A stretch of 45,996 nucleotides of DNA from Catajapyx aquilonaris. Taxonomy: Eukaryota. Below, piece by piece: positions 39,470 to 45,996 of the stretch. The stretch's first letter is position 1, and every line of letters starts with the position of its first letter. The notes under the pieces are model-generated. The model saw only the letters and a list, made by a program, of their open reading frames with translations, was not told the origin of the DNA and made no database searches. Position numbers and translations under genes: made by a program. The stretch is taken from the NCBI GenBank assembly GCA_000934665.2, contig JYFJ02004147.1:1-45996 (forward strand), written 5' to 3'.

Positions 39470-40923
39470 TTGCGCGCGAGATACGGTCGCCATTTGCAAC
39501 ATCAACAGCTGTGAATCACGTGTCAACACACCCTCTAATTTCCTGACCATAAATTAGGAGATCGGAATTCTAATTCGAAACTACGCCGCAATAGGAGGCG
39601 ATATAGCTGGCTAGGCAAGCTTCCCACGGCCGGATTGTGCTGCGGATCGTCGCAAACACTTCCCTGGGTCTAGGTTTCGGGCTTGTCTGCACCCTCTTTT
39701 CAACGCGACTATTATTCCGCTGTGACTTGATTATCGCGCTGGGGGTCAATAAGCACAGGGTGCTGCACAAACAATGAATTTTTATGCTACTAAATGGCCA
39801 GTGACGGTTTTTACTGCAAATGAAGTGGAGTCAAAAATACATTGGCTGTAAAAGTATGTGGCATGAGGTTTATCGTATAGAAGACCATGCTAGCTGGTCA
39901 AAAGTTGCACATTAAAATGTCAGGTCAAGTCTTATAATAACTTGGATACAGTACAGAATGTTAAGTAGCAGTTAAGACAGTCTTTGTTTTTTAAAAGGTA
40001 ATGTAATTATCTCTGGGGTCATGTGTCAGATGCGACGTGAAAATAACCATTGTAGGGAGAGTGATGCTATTACAGTATAAAATATGCTATGTGCAATGTA
40101 CAGTATTACCTAGATTAGAGTACATTGTCAACATGTTTACCGCAACTGCATAATACTTTTCTATAGCTTCATACAGTTTTATTATCATAGGAAGACTAAA
40201 CGTGTTTACAGTGCTAGTAGTCTACGTAGATTGTGGAGCATTATTATACTGTACTACAGTGTATACCACCTGTAATTTTTGTTTGCCTCGTCTGGCTTTA
40301 AAATTGGTCTAGACAAGTTGGGCAGCTGTTATCCAAAAGGCCGATGAATAAAATGCGTGGTCATAATTATGGAGAATAAGGAAGTAATCAAGATGGTTAA
40401 ATTAACGATAATAATTGGCCTGAGGATATCGAGAGGGCCCAAATCTCGTATATTGTAGTCTTATAGTTGGAAAATGTAGACTATTTTAAGACTCTTACGA
40501 GTTGTAAGCTGCAACGTGCATGTTACTCAGACTTACATGGCATAACCTACTTTAGCTTGAATGAGTATAACTGTATGATGGTCGAAGTTGTTCGTGCATG
40601 TACTGTACAGTATATTCGTGGATGTGTATTGCTATATCTTTGCAGTGAGAAACGCTTACAATGACAAACCTTTGGCAACATTTTATTCTGCATGTTTTCG
40701 CCCCTTTGATACTTTCATTGTGTGGTTTTCAGTATCCTCATAAAAATAGGGCGCGTTTTGTTGTGTATAATCTAGGATAATTAAGGTATGCTTGATAAGT
40801 TTTCCTCACGACCGTATATAGTGAATCGCGCGTGAGTTCTTGGGCTTTAAATCTAATTTATCCATTTTTCTCTCCTTCAGAAATAGGCCTGTATCATAAT
40901 TATTTCGTAGTTCTGTTGCCATA

Positions 40924-41082
40924 CAGTGTGAACCAACACCAGGAACTTAATCATTAGAAACTAGCAAATATAGCATCGAATTGCAATCATCTGTAGTGAA
41001 TGGAGCACATGTGGTGATTTCAATTTATAGCTATATTAGTAACGTACAACTAATAGCCTTGGGTTCTTGTTGGTTCACACCC
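40924..41082. mobile_element. Small decayed TA-flanked MITE (~160 bp)
   Basis: TA|CAGTGTGAACCAACA ... TGTTGGTTCACACCC|TA, with inner inverted pairs (AATATAGC/GCTATATT; AATTGCAATCA/TGATTTCAATT). Confidence 0.55.
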
Positions 41083-41914
41083 TATTTGCAATGTTCTTCT
41101 TTGAACCATAATTAGAATATCGATCCTCTCTTGCTAATTCATTCGGCGTGTTACGTATGATTTTTCAGAGGGTCACAATCAATCATTCAAAATGACAGCT
41201 GTACAATGGATGAACTAACTCACGCTTGCAAGCATTTTCCCCCACATAGGAAGTGTGACTAAGCCCCCAAACTATGTGTGTGAAATAAAAATAATAGTCT
41301 ACAGTATGTTGAAGTTTTGGCATATTGTGAATAACAGAGAGAAACAATTTTTTTTGTTTTTATTGCCTGACCAGGTTCCAGAATTTTTTAATGGTCATGT
41401 GAGGGTAACGAGGACCTCACCCTCATTATCCTCTGGCACCCCAATATTTGGGAAAAGCCGTGATATATGATTTTCCAGCCTCATTTTTTTCAATGGCAGG
41501 CAATACCTCTTACGAGAATGTATTTTTCAATAACTTCCTTACAAACAAATTTATTTTAACTCTGTATTTTTCCTCCGCTATGTTACGGAAAATGCTGCAA
41601 ATGGAATTTAAAAAGTGCTACAGTCACGGAGTAGTATACCGGTATATCTACATACATGCTTGTCTTATTTTTTAAGCTGCATAATAATTTCTAATACGTT
41701 TTAAGAGCTTTTTTCAGGAAATATTTTAAACACATTTCGCATTTTTTTGCAATGGGCTTTTACTTGGCAGTTGGTAATGTTTCTGAAGATGCAAATATTT
41801 CAAAGTCGACGCTGTTTTCCTTAGTCTCAAATACTAATGGCCGGCAAAGTACAAACTTCCCAAGTTTCTCAACAGTCAGCCATTTCTTCCTTTGGCATTC
41901 CCCACGGATAATTA

Positions 41915-42700
41915 GTTTGTAAGCAGAATAGGCAATTTTCCGGACACTTAGCATTATGGTATGCGCTTTTGGGGTGGCTCCTACTTCCGAGAACTATCTA
42001 AGTGTGGCCACATAGCTGCACCCCCTTTGCACTGGCTGCTACAGGCCAGAAGGTTTAGTTAGACGTGTCAAATATGTCGTGGTCAACGGAATTTTCCGAA
42101 CCATCGGCAGTGCCACATAGTTTTGTCTACACTTTGGTGGGGGGATGATCGATAGGGCCAGCTCGGGCGCTGCAGCAACGGCACTTAACCAAAGCTCTAC
42201 ACCAAAGAGGCAGTAAAAGGGGCGCTTAAGCCAGCCATGGGGGCCCAAGGCATTAAACGCAGCCCTTTCCTCGGCCCATCTTGGGAGCTAACTGCATTAT
42301 TGGCCCCGGCTTCTTGTCCCCGCACTTGCGCCTCTTCAAGGAGGACGTCTATATTCCGCTTTTCCGGACGCTGACCACAAGTGAAGAAGGCTCTTTCCGA
42401 CCACCACAGCCTTGCTTGGTTGGCTTGCCTATCGATTTGTTATCGTGCCAGAGGTTTCAACACTGACCTGGTGCAACGTCGGGTGGACCCTGGAAAGTCT
42501 TGTTTATTACAGGCCAATAAACGGGGCGCAGGCTGCCTTGGGGAAGGATGCTGGGAGGAAATGTTGCAGTACCAGCCAACCCATGTTGCCCATTCGGTGT
42601 TTTTTTCAGTGCAGCCATTTCAAATTCACGCTGGTCCACTCTCAAACGTATAGCTTCACTCCAGGCTCAATGCCGATGGCATTAGTACTCGCTCAATACT
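41915..42700 (+). pseudogene. Decayed 3' part of an R1/I-group LINE ORF2
   Basis: Collinear motifs across frameshifts: 'AIFRT..HYGMRFWGG' (41952-41978; cf. YGA..WG), 'GIFRTIGSA' (from 42088; cf. GAYRT.S), 'ALSDHHS..LAYRF' (cf. LTGHG..YL.RF) and 'VAHSVFF/FFQCSHF' (~42585-42620; CCHC knuckle end). Confidence 0.5.
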
Positions 42701-43213
42701 AACTTGTAGATTAATAGTCCTGCTATCTACTGACGAGTTAGTCATTTGTACTGGAATGGTGCCAAAGCAAGACTAGCAGATTTTCCTATTGGTCGTCTGA
42801 ATGACTCGGATCTTTTCTTTCACACCAAAACTCGTCATCAGAATGCTTTCCTTGCCAAATGATTGTAAAAAATGGTAGTGTTGTCAAATAGTCAGGATGT
42901 ACAATTGGACCATAAATATTGGGTTAGGAGTAGTGGGGATTTTCACATCCGGGATTTTATCAGGGAAGGGCTGTTGTGTTCCTGCCTGTAGTGTATGCTC
43001 TTGATACTATTTGGGTATCCTGTACACTGTAATGTACAGTGCAGTACCAAGGCACACTGCATGTGAGACGGAGCCATATGGAAGTCTTCCAATGTAAGTA
43101 CGACCTACATACATATTATATTGCTCACAGGCGTCCTGTATGTCGGTTGCGGCCATTATCAATATGGGAGAATAGGGGAGAATAGTTTTGCAACCAAATT
43201 AATAATTTAAGTA

Positions 43214-43560
43214 GGGGAGGCGTGGTGGCCGAGTTGGTAACGACTCGGCTTGTTGCGCGGAAGGTCCAAGGTTCGATCCCCGCCCGGGAGCTCCCTTTCG
43301 CATACGTCAAGAGGGTCTCTGACCCGCGTCTGGCAACCTAACCTCCAGGGAGACTTGCACATGACCCAGTTTCAGACATTGCACCAGTACCAGTGTCTCC
43401 TCCCCAAAAATCCCCATTCCTACCTCATGTCGTTTCTTCCCTGAATGCACGGAGTTCGAAAGAATACACAGAAAATTGATTGAAAAATGGTGGTGTTCCA
43501 CCCTCTACAAGAGCGCTGTTCTCTCTCAATGGGGTAAATAAAATTATTATAATAATTATT
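43214..43560 (+). mobile_element. tRNA-derived SINE, family C, copy 1
   Basis: GGGGAGG start, A box TGGCCGAGTTGG, B box GGTTCGATCCC and an AT-rich tail. It aligns along its length with the reverse complement of 45422-45786. Only a degenerate ATTTAAG-containing TSD is visible. Confidence 0.92.
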
Positions 43561-45421
43561 ATTTAAGCAATTTTTAGTTTGCGAAATGAGCGTTACAGAT
43601 ATAGGCTATACATTACTGAAAATTTATTTTAATAATTATTAGCACATTTCAATGTGATACGATTGCCGATTTTAATATTGCACATCGCACAATTATAATT
43701 ACAGTGGTCAACTGGTCACTTGCCCTCCGTCAGTCTCGGAAATGCAATTAAATTCAGATTTTTCCCGGAGATACAGTACTGCAGCTGTAAACATATCGTC
43801 ACCATGATGGAAAGAGCGTGATTTGTGTGAGATTTTGGCATTGAAGGGACGTGGGCTTATATATAGGGGATTGCTCATTAAGGATCCCAGGCTTTTCGGG
43901 CAGGCGGGGCTGCCTCTGCCCAACCCATTCCGCCATCAGCCGCGTCGTTTAACTTATGGAATGGCGCAATTCGGTGCACCAGCAACCTCCAAAGCCTCCG
44001 AATCGTGTTATGACGACGCCCGAACCTTCTGCGAGTGGGTGGGTTCGGTAGGAGGAGGAGGAGGAGGAAGGGAGAGGGTAGGGAATTGCCGATGAGAACA
44101 AAAGGTACGGTTTGGGCAATAATTATGCAAAATGTCGCCGTTATCGCACCCCTCAAACCACAACTCTCCCACCTTCTTCCTCACCACTTCTACCACTCCC
44201 CTACTGTCAGAACCATTCAGTAAGAACGACATTTCTTCCCAATACTCCGACTCTGACGTCAATGCAAAATGACAGACGAGGACATACTTAGCCTCCTTTC
44301 CAGTTTTTTTTTTAAAGAGGCGTGAGCCATTCTACCCTTCCCTATCCACGCCTTGATTACCTGCCTTATCAATAGCAGGCCCTTCTCTTTCTCCTTTTTT
44401 GTGTTAAATATTGGATACCCCATTCAGACCCGCCCGCTTTTCCCACTACGCAAAAATTGGCTCAGGTTAATGAAGTACCATCTTTTGGCGGTCGATTTTT
44501 TCTCCCTTCCTCCCTTTGATCACTCCTTTATCATTCCGAGATGTGGTAATCGGCCGAATCTCTCTACGGGCTTCATTAAGCGTATCTTCAAAAGGAGGGA
44601 GTGAAAGCTTCGAGCGAGGAGACTCTGCATTAAACACATTATTTTCAGGTAAAGAAATCGGATGAAAACTTTTTCGAGTAGGCCCTCACTTTGCACGGTC
44701 TGAAATTATCGCCGATAAGTACGAGTAATAACGGGTCTTAAAAAAAGAATAGCGGGAGTGATAGATGCACTTGAAAAGAGGTCAATTTTTGAGTGGAAAA
44801 GGTGAGGACAATGGAGAGGACAGAGGACAAATATTGTGGACTCTCATATTTTTAATGATGCTGCAGTTGTCGAGTTATATTAAGCGTTTGAATGAGGGTA
44901 TCTTAATGGTTAATAATTTCACATATTTAATATCACATTTGAATTCTCTTAGCGTAAAGGGCGCCGTAGCTCATCAGTTTCGACTGCATTGAAAATGTGA
45001 AGTGCGTAATTCAGCTTTTATTGGCAGTTAGGCGCGCCATAAATATTATACAGTATAGAAGCCTGACTAAGATCAGCTTGGTATTTCAGAACGTCAACAG
45101 GGTGATAATTATGGTCACTCGTATAAGCCTTTAGCTGGATAGACTGATATAAGACACACATACGCTATTGCTAGATTTCAGAAAATGTCGAAATCAAATA
45201 TGAAATATCTACGTATTTGAATGGGATAATGTTACACGTTAATTTCATATAGCTCACTCATTGATCTCCCTCCAATACTGGTCTAACTAATAGGTCCTAA
45301 GTCTTTGTCGTCCTGGGACACTAGGAAGTCAACTTGCTCAACTCCTTTGAGAGAGAATAAACGACTGCTTCTTTTCTATCATAATAGCCCTATACAGTCA
45401 TATCCATGCACTTTTTAGATA

Positions 45422-45786
45422 AGCTTATTTTTATTTATTTATTTATTTTATTTATGCTGCCTCGTGATAGGGCAATTTCTTTAGGGGGATGGTATACCAC
45501 CATTTTCTCTCTCAATTTTCTGCATTTTTCCTTCAACTCCGGTGCAAGGAATCAAGGACATCGGGTAAGGATATGGATTTTTGGGGAGGGAACATGGTGC
45601 AAGTGCAAGGTCTGTAAAGGGGTCATGTGCTGTTCCCCAGGAGGTTAGGTTGCCAGACACCTCCTTGGTGCAGGTCAGATACCCTCCTGACGCAGGTGAA
45701 ATGGAACTCCCAGGCGGGGACCGAACCTGGGACCTTTCACTTAGCAAGTCAAGACGTTACCATCTCAGCCACCGAACCTCCCCGAA
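45422..45786 (-). mobile_element. tRNA-derived SINE, family C, copy 2
   Basis: Minus strand has A box TGGCTGAGATGG, B box GGTTCGGTCCC, the shared body TCTGGCAACCTAACCTCC..GCACATGACCC..CTCCCCAAAAATCC and a (TAAA)n tail. Exact 13-bp TSD CACTTTTTAGATA at 45409-45421 and 45787-45799. Confidence 0.93.
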
Positions 45787-45996
45787 CACTTTTTAGATAT
45801 AAATTTGAAGTAACACACATAGAAGTGTTACTCATAGAATATGCAAAACATGAAGTTCACCAAGATCAAATGCCTTCATACGTATAAGTCAGTGTACGAG
45901 GAGGGTCAAAAAGTTATCTACCTAGGTATGAAGGACATGGCTTAGCGGCATAATTTTTTAATTAGAGGTACTTTCAACCCTTCTTGTACAAGTGTG

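Noticed and set aside
43214..43290. tRNA-like sequences (also near 3640-3716, 36690-36765 and 45710-45786)
   Set aside because: These are SINE heads: poor acceptor stems, followed by SINE bodies and tails and mostly flanked by TSDs.

Overview
Eukaryotic (animal) non-coding DNA, roughly 40% GC by eye. It is most likely a large intron or gene desert of an arthropod with a big genome, probably an insect; this is inferred from the SINE and mariner-end types. No intact protein-coding gene, RNA gene, CRISPR array or operon can be supported, and the ORF track looks like noise from repeats. The window is a mosaic of: (i) four tRNA-derived SINE copies from three unrelated-body families, three with clear target-site duplications (TSDs), all ending in the same ~40-nt 3' tail; (ii) five non-autonomous inverted-repeat DNA elements: a 1.3-kb TIR element, three TA-flanked Tc1/mariner-type MITEs (one near-perfect and carrying CTCF-like motifs) and a MITE with a 9-bp TSD; (iii) heavily decayed LINE ORF2 relics and a possible P-element transposase relic; (iv) microsatellites, including a 380-bp compound ATT/ATG/GTT array; (v) TE-poor, GC-richer islands that look cis-regulatory. 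The best-supported new observation is the shared SINE tail, which points to one LINE partner mobilising three SINE families.
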